From contig DTZW01000398.1 in the NCBI GenBank assembly GCA_012961165.1, positions 10,264 through 64,250 of the forward strand: a DNA stretch of 53,987 nt. The letters are read 5' to 3'. The position numbers and the translations under genes are program-made. The DNA is from Gammaproteobacteria bacterium (GTDB lineage: Bacteria > Pseudomonadota > Gammaproteobacteria > Pseudomonadales > Azotimanducaceae). Below are positions 39,262 to 49,162 of this stretch, piece by piece; the first letter of the stretch is position 1, and each line of letters begins with the position of its first letter. The notes under the pieces were generated by a model. That model was not told the origin of the DNA and did not search any database. It saw only the letters and a program-made list of their open reading frames with translations.

Positions 39262-41510
39262 TCGCCCTTCTCTACCAGTACGCCATCAACCTTCTGGAAA
39301 CCGCGTGGTAATTTCAGGCCACGGCGAGCCCTTTCCCCTCGATAATGCTCAAGATCATCTATCTTAAGATTCAGCGTTCGTTTACCGGATTGGACAACAA
39401 GCGTGTCTACCTCTGAAAAGACCCGAACATGCGCCATAAATTCCTCGCGGGATTCCACTCTTGCCTTGGGAATGTTCATGATCTTCACCCCTTTACCACG
39501 CCCCAGGCTAGGGAGATCAGCCACTGGGAAGATCAGCAATCGACCCTCGTTGCTGAACGCAGCGATATAGTCATGTTTTTCATCACCAAGCAGCGCTGGC
39601 TGGTTAACAATCCCGCCTTTTGGCACCGACAGTACCGATTTCCCTGCCTTGTTCTTGGTCACCATATCTTCGAGCCTACCAATGAAACCATAACCAGCGT
39701 CACTGGAGAGAACAAACCGGGTGTCCTTCTCACCCAAAACCACACCGGTGTAGAATGCTCCATCTGGCGGGTTGAACCGTCCAGTTAAAGGCTCCCCCTG
39801 CCCCCTTGCTGATGGCAAGGTGTGCATAGCCCCGGTATAGGCACGCCCTGTTGAATCGAAAAATATGGCATCCTGGTTCGAGCGGCCGGGAAGTGCCTGT
39901 AGAAAGCCATCGCCAGACCGATAGCTCAGGTCTTCCGGATTTACCTCATGACCTTTTGCCGCCCGGACCCAGCCTTTCTGCGAGAGCACAACCGTAACCG
40001 ATTCTGTAGATACTAGATCCTTTTCTGCAAAAGCCTGCGCATCGCCACGCACAACGATCTCGCAAACGCGGTCATCACCGTAGGTTTCGGCATCTTCCAT
40101 CAGCTCTTTCTTAATGAGCGTTTTCAGCCTGACCTTCGATTTAATCGTTTTCTCCAGGTCGGCTCTTTCTGCATTGAGTTCATCTTGTTCGCCCGAGATA
40201 CGGGTTTCTTCAAGCCTGGCGAGTTGTCGTAAGCGCAGGTCAAGAATCGCGTCAGCCTGCAGATCTGACAATTTGAACGTCCTAATCAACGCCTGCTTGG
40301 GCTTCTCCTCGGCCCGGATGACTTTGATCACCTCATCAATATTCAGGTAAGCGATCATCAGGCCTTCAAGGATATGCAATCGACCAAGGATCTTGTCCAA
40401 ACGAAATTGCAGCCGTCTGAGCACTGTATCTTTTCTGAACTTCAACCATTCATTCAGCAACTCAAGGAGCGGCCGCACCCTCGGCTTGCCGTCGATACCG
40501 ATCATGTTGAAGTTCACCCGGTGGGTTCTCTCAAGATCGGTCGTAGCGAAAAGATGCGCCATAAGCTGGTCGGCATCCACCCGATTGGACTTTGGTACAA
40601 CTACAATTCGGGTAGGGCATTCGTGATCGGACTCATCGCGCAGGTCTACTACCATCGGCAGTTTCTTAGCCTGCATTTGTCCGGCGATCTGCTCAAGAAT
40701 TTTGGTTCCGGAAACCTGGAACGGTAGCGCAGTTATTACGATATCACCGTCCTCCCGCGAATAAACCGCTCGCGCTCGAACAGCACCACGGCCTGTTTCA
40801 TAAAGCTGTCTGATGTCTTCACTACTGGATATTATCTCAGCACCCGTTGGGAAATCAGGACCCCGAACATGCTCCATGATGTCCTTCAACGTGGATTTGG
40901 GGTTGTCGAGTAGTCGAATGCAGGCACTAACAACTTCATTAAGGTTGTGTGGCGGGATATCCGTTGCCATTCCCACGGCTATTCCACTTCCACCATTCAG
41001 CAGGATATTAGGCACGCGCGCAGGAAGATTAAGCGGTTCGGCAAGGGTTCCGTCAAAGTTGGGTGTCCAGTCAACCGTTCCCTGTTTTAGTTCACCTAAC
41101 AGAACTTCAGAATAGGCGGCCAGTTTGGATTCTGTGTAACGCATGGCAGCGTAGGACTTGGGGTCATCCGGGGATCCCCAGTTACCCTGCCCATCGACCA
41201 GCGGATAGCGATAGCTGAACGATTGCGCCATCAGCACCATCGCCTCGTAACATGCGGAATCACCGTGAGGGTGAAACTTACCGAGGACGTCGCCAATGGT
41301 CCGCGCGGACTTGACATACTTTGCATCTGCGCTAAGCCGCAGCTCGCTCATCGCATAAACAATTCGCCTCTGCACCGGTTTTAGCCCGTCACCAATGTGC
41401 GGCAGCGCCCTGTCATTGATGACATACATCGCATAGTTCAGGTATGCGCTCTCTGTGTAGTCAGCAAGCGAAACCTTTTCAAAATCGTCATCAATCATAT
41501 TTTCAGTCAT
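39258..41510 (-). CDS. parC: DNA topoisomerase IV subunit A
   Basis: 750 aa with GyrA/ParC N-terminal motifs ([18 protein letters not shown], active-site region AAMRYTE). Its size, lack of a GyrA box, and adjacency to parE favour ParC. Confidence 0.93.
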   Translation of the reverse strand: MTENMIDDDFEKVSLADYTESAYLNYAMYVINDRALPHIGDGLKPVQRRIVYAMSELRLSADAKYVKSARTIGDVLGKFHPHGDSACYEAMVLMAQSFSYRYPLVDGQGNWGSPDDPKSYAAMRYTESKLAAYSEVLLGELKQGTVDWTPNFDGTLAEPLNLPARVPNILLNGGSGIAVGMATDIPPHNLNEVVSACIRLLDNPKSTLKDIMEHVRGPDFPTGAEIISSSEDIRQLYETGRGAVRARAVYSREDGDIVITALPFQVSGTKILEQIAGQMQAKKLPMVVDLRDESDHECPTRIVVVPKSNRVDADQLMAHLFATTDLERTHRVNFNMIGIDGKPRVRPLLELLNEWLKFRKDTVLRRLQFRLDKILGRLHILEGLMIAYLNIDEVIKVIRAEEKPKQALIRTFKLSDLQADAILDLRLRQLARLEETRISGEQDELNAERADLEKTIKSKVRLKTLIKKELMEDAETYGDDRVCEIVVRGDAQAFAEKDLVSTESVTVVLSQKGWVRAAKGHEVNPEDLSYRSGDGFLQALPGRSNQDAIFFDSTGRAYTGAMHTLPSARGQGEPLTGRFNPPDGAFYTGVVLGEKDTRFVLSSDAGYGFIGRLEDMVTKNKAGKSVLSVPKGGIVNQPALLGDEKHDYIAAFSNEGRLLIFPVADLPSLGRGKGVKIMNIPKARVESREEFMAHVRVFSEVDTLVVQSGKRTLNLKIDDLEHYRGERARRGLKLPRGFQKVDGVLVEKGD

Positions 41511-41556
41511 TGTGCTTTCTCTTTCGACAAGAGTTCTGGTGTCTCTTGATCGGCTC

Positions 41557-41586
41557 TATGTTCTTGTATGTTCTTGTATGTTCTTC
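41557..41586. repeat. Three tandem 10-nt units TATGTTCTT(G/C) in the parE-parC intergenic spacer
   Basis: Read directly: 41557-66 and 41567-76 are identical; 41577-86 has one mismatch. Confidence 0.85.
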
Positions 41587-41595
41587 TCGGGGACG

Positions 41596-43497
41596 TTAGC
41601 TAAGTGCAGCTATGTCACCTTTCTTCTCGAGCCAGATCTTTCGATCCGGCGCCCTCTTTTTCGAGAGCAGCATATCCAGCATTTCGTCAACCGATGTTGC
41701 TTTCCCTGGAGTCAGTTGTACGAGCCGCCGTGTATCCGGCGCCATTGCGGTCTCACGAAGCTGGAGCGGATTCATCTCACCCAATCCCTTAAAACGTTGC
41801 ACGACCACTTTTCCCGGAATCTTCTCTGCCGCGATTCTGTCCAGGATGCCCTGGCGCTCACCTTCATCAAGCGCGTAGAAGACTTCCTTGCCAGCGTCCA
41901 CGCGATACAGTGGGGGCATCGCCACAAATACATGACCCTCTTCAACCAGGGCTCGAAAATGTCGCACAAACAAAGCAATCAACAAGCTCGCAATGTGCAG
42001 GCCATCCGAATCCGCGTCCGCAAGAATGCAGACCTTGCCATAACGCAACTTGGCCAAGTCATCTGAGCCCGGGTCAATTCCCAGGGCAACTGAAATATCA
42101 TGGACTTCCTGGGAGGCTAGAATCTCAGACGAATCAACCTCCCAGGTGTTCAGGATTTTACCCCGCAGCGGCATGATCGCCTGGGTCTCACGATTCCTTG
42201 CCTGTTTGGCTGAACCGCCTGCCGAGTCTCCTTCTACCAGAAAGAGCTCACCCATCATGGCGTCACTACAGGAGCAATCGGCCAATTTCCCGGGTAGCGC
42301 GGGGCCACTGGTCAACTTCTTTCTTGCGACCTTTTTCCCCGCGCGCAGCCGAGCCTGGGCACTCGTGATCGCTAGTTCAGCGATCGCCTCACCTTCTGTA
42401 ACATGCTGATTCAGCCATAGTGAAAAACTATCTTTTACAACGCCTGAAATAAAGGATACCGCCTGTCTCGAATTCAGGCGTTCTTTAGCCTGACCAGCGA
42501 ACTGCGGGTCGATCATCTTGGCCGAGAGGACATAGTTACACTTGTCCCATATGTCTTCGGCGGTAATCTTGATACCTCTGGGTACAAGGTTGCGGAATTC
42601 ACAGAACTCCCTGAGTGCTTCCAGCAGTCCAGCACGCAATCCATTGACATGAGTACCACCCTGGGTCGTTGGAATCAGGTTCACGTAACTTTCGGTGATT
42701 AACTCTCCGCTTTCCCCCTGCCATTGCACCGCCCAGTCTACTGCTTCGTCTCTGCCTGACATTGAGCCGGTAAAAGGTATTTCGGGAAGGAGTTCGAGAC
42801 CCTCAAGTTCCGCTCCGAGGTAATCCTCAAGCCCATACTCAAAGAACCATTCAAAGAGCTTTTCTTCCTCTTTGCTGGCAGTTTCATCCTGAAATACAAC
42901 CTTCAATCCCGGGCACAGTACTGCCTTGGCCCGAAGCAGGTGCTTGAGCCTGGAAACAGAGAATTTTGGTGAATCGAAATAGGATGCGTCAGGTTTGAAG
43001 TGGATCATCGTACCGGTGTTCCGCTTACCTACCTTATCCTTGACGGTTAGCTTTCCCTGCTTTTCACCACCCTTGAAAGACATGTGATGCAGTTTCCCAT
43101 CACGCTTGATGAACACTTCAAAGGTTTCCGACAGGGCATTGACCACCGACACGCCAACACCATGGAGGCCACCGGAGAACTTGTAATGGTCACTATTGAA
43201 TTTGGCGCCAGAATGAAGCCGGGTGAGAATGAGCTCTACGCCAGACAACTTTTCTTTCTTGTGTATATCAACCGGCATGCCACGGCCATTGTCGCTTACG
43301 GACATTGAGCCATCTTTACGAAGCGTCACCCTGATTTCTGTCGCGTGGCCCTCGAGGGCTTCATCGACACTATTATCGATAACTTCCTGCGCAAGATGAT
43401 TGGGTCTGGTTGTATCGGTGTACATTCCCGGTCGTTTCTTGACCGGCTCAAGCCCTTCAAGGACCTCGATGGAGTCTGCTTTATAACTGGATGACAT
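41596..43497 (-). CDS. parE: DNA topoisomerase IV subunit B
   Basis: 633 aa with a GHKL ATPase N-terminus (YKADSIEVLEGLEPVKKRPGMY, GLHGVG) and a TOPRIM domain (LVEGDSAGGSAKQ). The size is typical of ParE rather than GyrB. Confidence 0.93.
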   Translation of the reverse strand: MSSSYKADSIEVLEGLEPVKKRPGMYTDTTRPNHLAQEVIDNSVDEALEGHATEIRVTLRKDGSMSVSDNGRGMPVDIHKKEKLSGVELILTRLHSGAKFNSDHYKFSGGLHGVGVSVVNALSETFEVFIKRDGKLHHMSFKGGEKQGKLTVKDKVGKRNTGTMIHFKPDASYFDSPKFSVSRLKHLLRAKAVLCPGLKVVFQDETASKEEEKLFEWFFEYGLEDYLGAELEGLELLPEIPFTGSMSGRDEAVDWAVQWQGESGELITESYVNLIPTTQGGTHVNGLRAGLLEALREFCEFRNLVPRGIKITAEDIWDKCNYVLSAKMIDPQFAGQAKERLNSRQAVSFISGVVKDSFSLWLNQHVTEGEAIAELAITSAQARLRAGKKVARKKLTSGPALPGKLADCSCSDAMMGELFLVEGDSAGGSAKQARNRETQAIMPLRGKILNTWEVDSSEILASQEVHDISVALGIDPGSDDLAKLRYGKVCILADADSDGLHIASLLIALFVRHFRALVEEGHVFVAMPPLYRVDAGKEVFYALDEGERQGILDRIAAEKIPGKVVVQRFKGLGEMNPLQLRETAMAPDTRRLVQLTPGKATSVDEMLDMLLSKKRAPDRKIWLEKKGDIAALS

Positions 43498-43631
43498 TTG
43501 TGACCAAATTATTATGAGGCGAAAAGTCGCGGCTATCTATGATGTTCGCCCGGTGATTCAACCTGACAGGAAATCAGGGAATGTCGCTCGGCAAATTATA
43601 AGGATTTAGACACGGATTTCTCGAAAAAAGA

Positions 43632-44084
43632 TCAGGAAAATTCCAATGGCTCCAGGGAATAGCCATGCTCAATACAATAAGTTAAGAGCTCACCAAGATA
43701 CTTGTTGATCTGGGACTTCTCATCCGGCTGGAACATGTGCTCATTGGGAGTCGGGTATCGGAACCGAAAATTCCGATGCCGCTCGAATCGAACGACTTCA
43801 GCAGAATTAACGTCGTGATAAATCCTAAGCTCAAGGCTGGGCCACTTTATGAGTGGTTTCTCGTTCTCTGAGCTTACAGTGACGGCCACCATTGTTGTGA
43901 ACGGGCAGCGTTCCTTAATGTTGATCACAACTGTCGCGCCCTCTTCCGTTCGGGTTCGTATCCCGAACTCGATATCATTCTCTGAATCCATGCCAGGGAA
44001 CAGCTGGCGCAGGCGGATGTAATTAGCATCACACTCCGCCATATCGGCGGCCAAATCAGGAATGTAGATATATCGGTTGGTCAT
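43632..44084 (-). CDS. DUF1249 (YqiB-like) protein
   Basis: 150 aa. The N-terminus ...DLAADMAECDANYIRLRQLFPGM resembles the YqiB family, which neighbours parE in E. coli and pseudomonads. Confidence 0.7.
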   Translation of the reverse strand: MTNRYIYIPDLAADMAECDANYIRLRQLFPGMDSENDIEFGIRTRTEEGATVVINIKERCPFTTMVAVTVSSENEKPLIKWPSLELRIYHDVNSAEVVRFERHRNFRFRYPTPNEHMFQPDEKSQINKYLGELLTYCIEHGYSLEPLEFS

Positions 44085-44150
44085 TTCACTGTTTCATTGT
44101 GGAGGGCAAAAGTGCTAACTAAAAGGTATAAAAAGGTTACCACAATCTTG

Positions 44151-44303
44151 TTAGAAGAAAGTCGTGATCTGCTCTTGAATTTTCGCTAAAATTGTTCTCG
44201 AATTTGTTGCAAAAGAGCCCAGAAACTCACCCATCACTGCACAGATTTCATCGAGGGTAAGCGGGAACCCCTGATAGGTTTCATCCTTCGACTGACTATT
44301 CAT
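44151..44303 (-). CDS. Hypothetical 50-aa ORF whose ATG overlaps the waaA stop (ATGAATAG)
   Basis: Hand-translated: MNSQSKDETYQGFPLTLDEICAVMGEFLGSFATNSRTILAKIQEQITTFF. It is below the 60-aa cut-off of the ORF track, has no recognisable family, and fills an otherwise empty 211-nt gap. Confidence 0.25.
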   Translation of the reverse strand: MNSQSKDETYQGFPLTLDEICAVMGEFLGSFATNSRTILAKIQEQITTFF

Positions 44304-45648
44304 GATTCATGACTTCGACAATCAACTTTTCTACCCTACCCAGGGCTCCCTGATTCGACTCCATCACTTTGTTCGCAGCACTCACAAGACGATTGGATTC
44401 ATCGACATTTTCCATCAGGTTTATGACAACTTGCTGCAACTCCTGACCATCTCTCACAATCATGATCGCCTGGCTGTCGATAAACTGTTGTGCAATATCC
44501 TCTATATTGTCCAGATGGCGCCCCATGACGGTTGGTGTACCCGCACGAATTGCCTCAAGCAGATTGTGACCGCCAATCGGCACAAGACTCCCTCCTACGA
44601 AGGCCACCGATGCCAGCTCAAAAAGCGCATCAAGCTCACCCATCACATCAACCAGAAACACCTCATCGTGCAGCGCCACCGCCCTGCCATCACTAAAACT
44701 CACCACGGAATGCCCCGAGGATTCCAACGCACGCCTCACCTGGTCGCATCTATGAGTATGGCGCGGCGCCAAAACCAGAAGGAAATCGGGTATCAGTTCC
44801 TGTAAGGCCGGAAGCAGTGACAATAACGCTGCTTCTTCTCCGTTATGTGTGCTGGCCCCCAGCAGAATGTGTCTGCCTGCAACCAGCCGGCGGGAACGGT
44901 TCAACCTATCGACGTACCCTCGCGCCATCACTGCATCAAACTTGATGCTGCCGGTCACATGAACTTTCGATGCGTCCGCTCCAAGCGAAACAAACCTGTC
45001 TTTATGGTGCCGAGTCTGAACCGCCAACAGGCTCAGTGATCGCAACATGGGCAAAATCAGCGGCGCAATTCGCCTGTAGCCTTTTGCTGACCGAGACGAT
45101 AACCGGCCATTGACCAACAGGGTGGGAACTCCACTCCGCGCACAACCTTCAATCATGTTCGGCCATAATTCTGTGTCGATAGTAATCAACATCCGGGGTT
45201 TGTTGTTTCGGAGGAATCGGTCTATCGAACCCGGCAGATCGTATGGGACATAACAGTTTTCCACCTCATCGGCCAGCAGGGCTTGTACACGTTCACGGCC
45301 AGTTGGCGTCATATTGGATACCAGGCAAACATAACCTCGGCCGAGGAGGCTGCGAACCAGGGGCACCGCGGCAATCGTTTCACCTGCGGATACCGCATGT
45401 ATCCAAACAACCTTCCCCGGCTGCTTCGACCGATAGAATCCAAAACGCTCTGAGATAGCCATGCGGTAGCCAGGCTCCTTCAGGGAACGCTTTAACAACC
45501 GCAGCAGCACAAACGGGATCAAAAGGTAAAAAATAGCGCTATAGAACAATCTAGCCAAAGTGAGATTGAAAACCTGGAGAAATGATATCGAAGAATAACT
45601 GTGTACCGGACACGATGCTACAGAGTCAGTAAAACCGGATACAAACAC
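44296..45648 (-). CDS. waaA: 3-deoxy-D-manno-octulosonic acid (Kdo) transferase
   Basis: WaaA motifs ERFGFY, VWIHAVSAGE and the GT30 C-terminal domain. The maximal ORF starts at GTG 45648. A TTG at 45558 (M-ARLFYSAIFYLLIPF...) would give 420 aa and the usual WaaA N-terminus, so the real start may be there. Confidence 0.9.
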   Translation of the reverse strand: MFVSGFTDSVASCPVHSYSSISFLQVFNLTLARLFYSAIFYLLIPFVLLRLLKRSLKEPGYRMAISERFGFYRSKQPGKVVWIHAVSAGETIAAVPLVRSLLGRGYVCLVSNMTPTGRERVQALLADEVENCYVPYDLPGSIDRFLRNNKPRMLITIDTELWPNMIEGCARSGVPTLLVNGRLSSRSAKGYRRIAPLILPMLRSLSLLAVQTRHHKDRFVSLGADASKVHVTGSIKFDAVMARGYVDRLNRSRRLVAGRHILLGASTHNGEEAALLSLLPALQELIPDFLLVLAPRHTHRCDQVRRALESSGHSVVSFSDGRAVALHDEVFLVDVMGELDALFELASVAFVGGSLVPIGGHNLLEAIRAGTPTVMGRHLDNIEDIAQQFIDSQAIMIVRDGQELQQVVINLMENVDESNRLVSAANKVMESNQGALGRVEKLIVEVMNHE

Positions 45649-45698
45649 AAGCGTGTATAATTCCGGTTCTCCAGGGCCCGGGATTCATTCATTTTTTT

Positions 45699-46853
45699 AT
45701 GACCAACACGACGCATCAGTTCGACACCATCATTCTCGGTGGCGGTATCGCCGGGCTATGGTTACTTAGCCTGCTTCGCAAGCACGGTTTTGAAGCGATC
45801 CTGCTCGAGAAAGAAGGCTTGGGATCAGGGCAGACTTTTGCATCCCAGGGAATGATTCACGGTGGAATCAAATATTCGCTCGCAGGCGCAATGACCGGCG
45901 CATCTGAATCTATTGCAGATATGCCCTTGCGCTGGCGTTCGTGCCTTGCAGGCACTGATAGCGTTAACCTGAAGGGGGTCACTGTATTGAGCGATGCATA
46001 CTATATGTTTTCCGATGCTCGCCTCAGCTCAAAACTGACCGCGTTCTTTGGCAGTAAGACACTCGAAGGACGGGTTGCATCAGTTCCTGCAGCTAACTAC
46101 CCAAAGGTTTTTCAGTCACCGTCATTTAGAGGATTGCTCTATAAACTCAATGACCTCGTCCTGGATACCCGCTCCCTGATTACCCATTTACACCATCAGC
46201 TTAAAGACTACATATTCGAAGGAAACGTGAGCTTCGAGCACACAAGCGGCCGGGTTACGCATCTCCAACTAGATGATGGGCTCACCGTCAGTGCAGATAC
46301 CTATGTCCTTGCAGCAGGCAAGGGAAACGGAGAACTAATCGAGGATCTCGGGCTGGAAGTGCCAATGCAGCTTCGGCCACTTCACCAGGTTGTTGTTAAA
46401 GGGAAGACATTGCCTGATCTGTTTGCACATGCCGTGACTTTAAGGTCTGCGGATAAGCCACGCATTACCTTCACCACCCACACCACGGCTGACACCAAAG
46501 CCTGGTACCTCGGGGGTCAACTCGCTGAATCCGGTGTCGCTCGAAATGAAGCAGAACAGATTGAATTCGCGAAGACAGAACTGGCTGCCATCATGCCCTG
46601 GATGGACTACTCTGGCTGCGAGTTCTCAACTTTCCGAATAGACCGGGCGGAGGCCGGCGGCGAAACCCTGTTACGCCCGGACACGCCTTACGTACGCAGG
46701 CATGGAAACGTAGTTGTATGCTGGCCCACCAAACTTACCCTGGCGCCCATGATGGGGGACATGTTCATGAAACTCATGGCAGAGCCGAAAGCGGGCCTAG
46801 CCGCGCCTCCCAATCTCCCCCGAGCCTCAATCGGAAGATCTTCATGGGAGTGA
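45699..46853 (+). CDS. FAD-dependent oxidoreductase (DAO/GlpD-like fold), function unknown
   Basis: 384 aa with the N-terminal dinucleotide-binding motif DTIILGGGIAGLWLLSLL...LLEKE. Divergent from waaA. Confidence 0.8.
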   Translation: MTNTTHQFDTIILGGGIAGLWLLSLLRKHGFEAILLEKEGLGSGQTFASQGMIHGGIKYSLAGAMTGASESIADMPLRWRSCLAGTDSVNLKGVTVLSDAYYMFSDARLSSKLTAFFGSKTLEGRVASVPAANYPKVFQSPSFRGLLYKLNDLVLDTRSLITHLHHQLKDYIFEGNVSFEHTSGRVTHLQLDDGLTVSADTYVLAAGKGNGELIEDLGLEVPMQLRPLHQVVVKGKTLPDLFAHAVTLRSADKPRITFTTHTTADTKAWYLGGQLAESGVARNEAEQIEFAKTELAAIMPWMDYSGCEFSTFRIDRAEAGGETLLRPDTPYVRRHGNVVVCWPTKLTLAPMMGDMFMKLMAEPKAGLAAPPNLPRASIGRSSWE

Positions 46854-47599
46854 AGCTGGGACGATGCAATCTTGAAACAGGCAGAATCTCGCTAGGCACC
46901 GTCAAGTTTGGCCGCAATACTGACGTTAAGTACCCTGCGAAATTTGAACTTCCCGAAGACAAGTTGATTGTGAACCTTTTATCAGAGGCGCAGGAACTGG
47001 GGGTCAGGTTACTTGATACTGCACCAGCCTACGGTAACAGCGAGCATCGAATTGGTCAGTTATTACCCGGGCGCAGGGAGGACTGGATCCTCTGCACAAA
47101 AACCGGCGAACAGTATGCCGCCGGCAAGTCCAGCTATGACTTTTCCAGGCAGGCGGTGACCGCCAGTGTAGCGCAAAGCCTGAAGCACCTCAGAACAGAT
47201 TACCTGGACATTGTCTTGATTCATTCCAACGGTGATGATCTTGGTATTCTTCATCAAACGGATGCGTTCGCCACCCTGGAACGGCTCAAGGAGAAGGGGG
47301 ATATCAGGTACATTGGAATGTCCACCAAGTCGGTAGAGGGGAGCATCGCCGCACTCGATGTCAGTGATGTGCTCATGCTCACTTTAAACCTGGAAGATCA
47401 ATCCAACATTAATGTCATAAGGGCAGCTGAAAAAAGGGGTACGGGTATCCTATTGAAAAAAGTTTTTGCAAGCGGTCATCAAACAGCAGAGGAAAGCCTG
47501 GCGTTTGCTCTGGGGCAAAGAGGTGTTCATTCTGCCGTTGTCGGCACCATAGATTCAGGGCACCTTAAAGAAAATGTTTATTTCGCAGACAGCGTTTAG
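46844..47599 (+). CDS. Aldo/keto reductase family protein
   Basis: AKR motifs LLDTAPAYGNSEHRIG and DIVLIHS. The ATG at 46844 overlaps the upstream gene's stop by 10 nt. The track ORF's upstream 42 codons lie inside the FAD gene in another frame and are discounted. Confidence 0.8.
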   Translation: MGVKLGRCNLETGRISLGTVKFGRNTDVKYPAKFELPEDKLIVNLLSEAQELGVRLLDTAPAYGNSEHRIGQLLPGRREDWILCTKTGEQYAAGKSSYDFSRQAVTASVAQSLKHLRTDYLDIVLIHSNGDDLGILHQTDAFATLERLKEKGDIRYIGMSTKSVEGSIAALDVSDVLMLTLNLEDQSNINVIRAAEKRGTGILLKKVFASGHQTAEESLAFALGQRGVHSAVVGTIDSGHLKENVYFADSV

Positions 47600-47602
47600 G
47601 CC

Positions 47603-49012
47603 CTAAAGATCCCTGATTTTCTCAACCAAAGCGCTGGTTGAACAATCTTCCACCAGGCTGAGCACTTTCACTTCACCACCGGCAGAACGGACAATATCCG
47701 CGCCGACCACCTGGTCAATACCGTAATCGCCACCCTTCACGAGCACATCTGGTTTCAGCATATGCAATAGCGCTTCCGGCGTGTCACTGTCAAACGAAAC
47801 GACCCAGTCGACCGACGCAAGGCCCGCCAGCATGGTCATCCGCCGGTCCAGCGGGTTGATGGGTCTTCCTTCACCTTTAAGTCGATGAACCGATTCATCA
47901 GAATTGATCGCGACAATCAGTCGATCACCTTCGCGTTTTGCATCACCCAGGTAATTGACATGGCCTGCATGAAGAATGTCAAAGCAGCCGTTAGTAAAGA
48001 CCACTCTTTCGCCACGCCCCCTTGAAACCTGAACCGCGGCAACCAGTTGTTCTGCAGACATCTTTCCTTTGCCAGCCGGCTCAGCAAGGTCAACCTCTGC
48101 GCGCAACTCGGGGCCAGAGACGCTGGTTACACCGAAATGGCTGACCACAATCCCTGCCGCAACATTGGCAAGGGCAACCGAATCCTTCAGTGTTTGCCCT
48201 GATGCCAGCGAGGCTGCGAGCACGGCAATAACGGTGTCCCCTGCACCTGACGTGTCATAAACCTCCCTCGTCCGGGCGGGGAAATGACTTTCTTCATGTC
48301 GTTCAATGAGCGTCATACCCTCGGATGCTCGTGTTACCAACATAGCTTCACAACCAATGCCCGCCATCAGGCCCCGGCATTTTTTCAACATCTCGGCCTC
48401 ACTGTTCCAATCGCCGACGGCATTCTTGAGCTCAAGTGTATTCGGTTTAATGACAGTCGCCCCCTGATAAGCCGAGAAAGGCTTGAACTTCGGGTCAACC
48501 AGCACCGGCCTACCTTTCTTTCTCGCATTTTCAATGATGCTCGAAGAGTCACTAAAGAGGCCCTTGTCGTAGTCAGCAAGAACCACGCTGTCGTACTCAG
48601 GGACTAAATCCATTCCTTTCAATACCTGGTCGGCATCAATATCAAACAGTGCTTCAAAATCAGCGCGAAGCATTTGCTGACTTCGACTGACCAGACGTAC
48701 CTTGGTAATGGTGGACATCCCCTCAACCTTGATCAAATGGCAGTCGATGCCCGAGGAGCGGAGTTTGGATTCCAGAATATCGGACATTTCATCCTGGCCG
48801 GTTGCCGCAATCAGGGAAGATGCGGCGCCAAGCGTCGCAACATTCAGTGCGACGTTAGCTGCACCACCGGGCCGGTCTTCGATACTGCTAACATCAATCA
48901 CCGGAATCGGTGCTTCAGCCGACACCCGATGGGTGTCACCATGCCAGTATCTATCCAACATCGCATCACCAATGGTCAGGATATGTGCGTTATCAAACCT
49001 TGGAATTTTCAT
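47603..49012 (-). CDS. hldE: Bifunctional D-beta-D-heptose 7-phosphate kinase / heptose 1-phosphate adenylyltransferase
   Basis: 469 aa with an N-terminal ribokinase-like domain (GGAANVA, DTSGAGD) and a C-terminal cytidylyltransferase domain (FTNGCFDILHAGHVNYL). Confidence 0.95.
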   Translation of the reverse strand: MKIPRFDNAHILTIGDAMLDRYWHGDTHRVSAEAPIPVIDVSSIEDRPGGAANVALNVATLGAASSLIAATGQDEMSDILESKLRSSGIDCHLIKVEGMSTITKVRLVSRSQQMLRADFEALFDIDADQVLKGMDLVPEYDSVVLADYDKGLFSDSSSIIENARKKGRPVLVDPKFKPFSAYQGATVIKPNTLELKNAVGDWNSEAEMLKKCRGLMAGIGCEAMLVTRASEGMTLIERHEESHFPARTREVYDTSGAGDTVIAVLAASLASGQTLKDSVALANVAAGIVVSHFGVTSVSGPELRAEVDLAEPAGKGKMSAEQLVAAVQVSRGRGERVVFTNGCFDILHAGHVNYLGDAKREGDRLIVAINSDESVHRLKGEGRPINPLDRRMTMLAGLASVDWVVSFDSDTPEALLHMLKPDVLVKGGDYGIDQVVGADIVRSAGGEVKVLSLVEDCSTSALVEKIRDL

Positions 49013-49162
49013 GCTGTTATCGAGAGCGTATTTCGCGCGATTCTATCACAATCGATTGATTCAACACGCCCGCCAGGGGTGGCCCGACCTTGCTAAGCAC
49101 TCGACAGTTGATAATGCGGCTTTTCGAAGCAACCGTCATTACCGCTCCACCGTGAGACAGGA

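Noticed and set aside
41512-42066. 184-aa plus-strand ORF starting in the parC-parE spacer
   Set aside because: It is mostly antisense to the parE 3' half and has no motifs.
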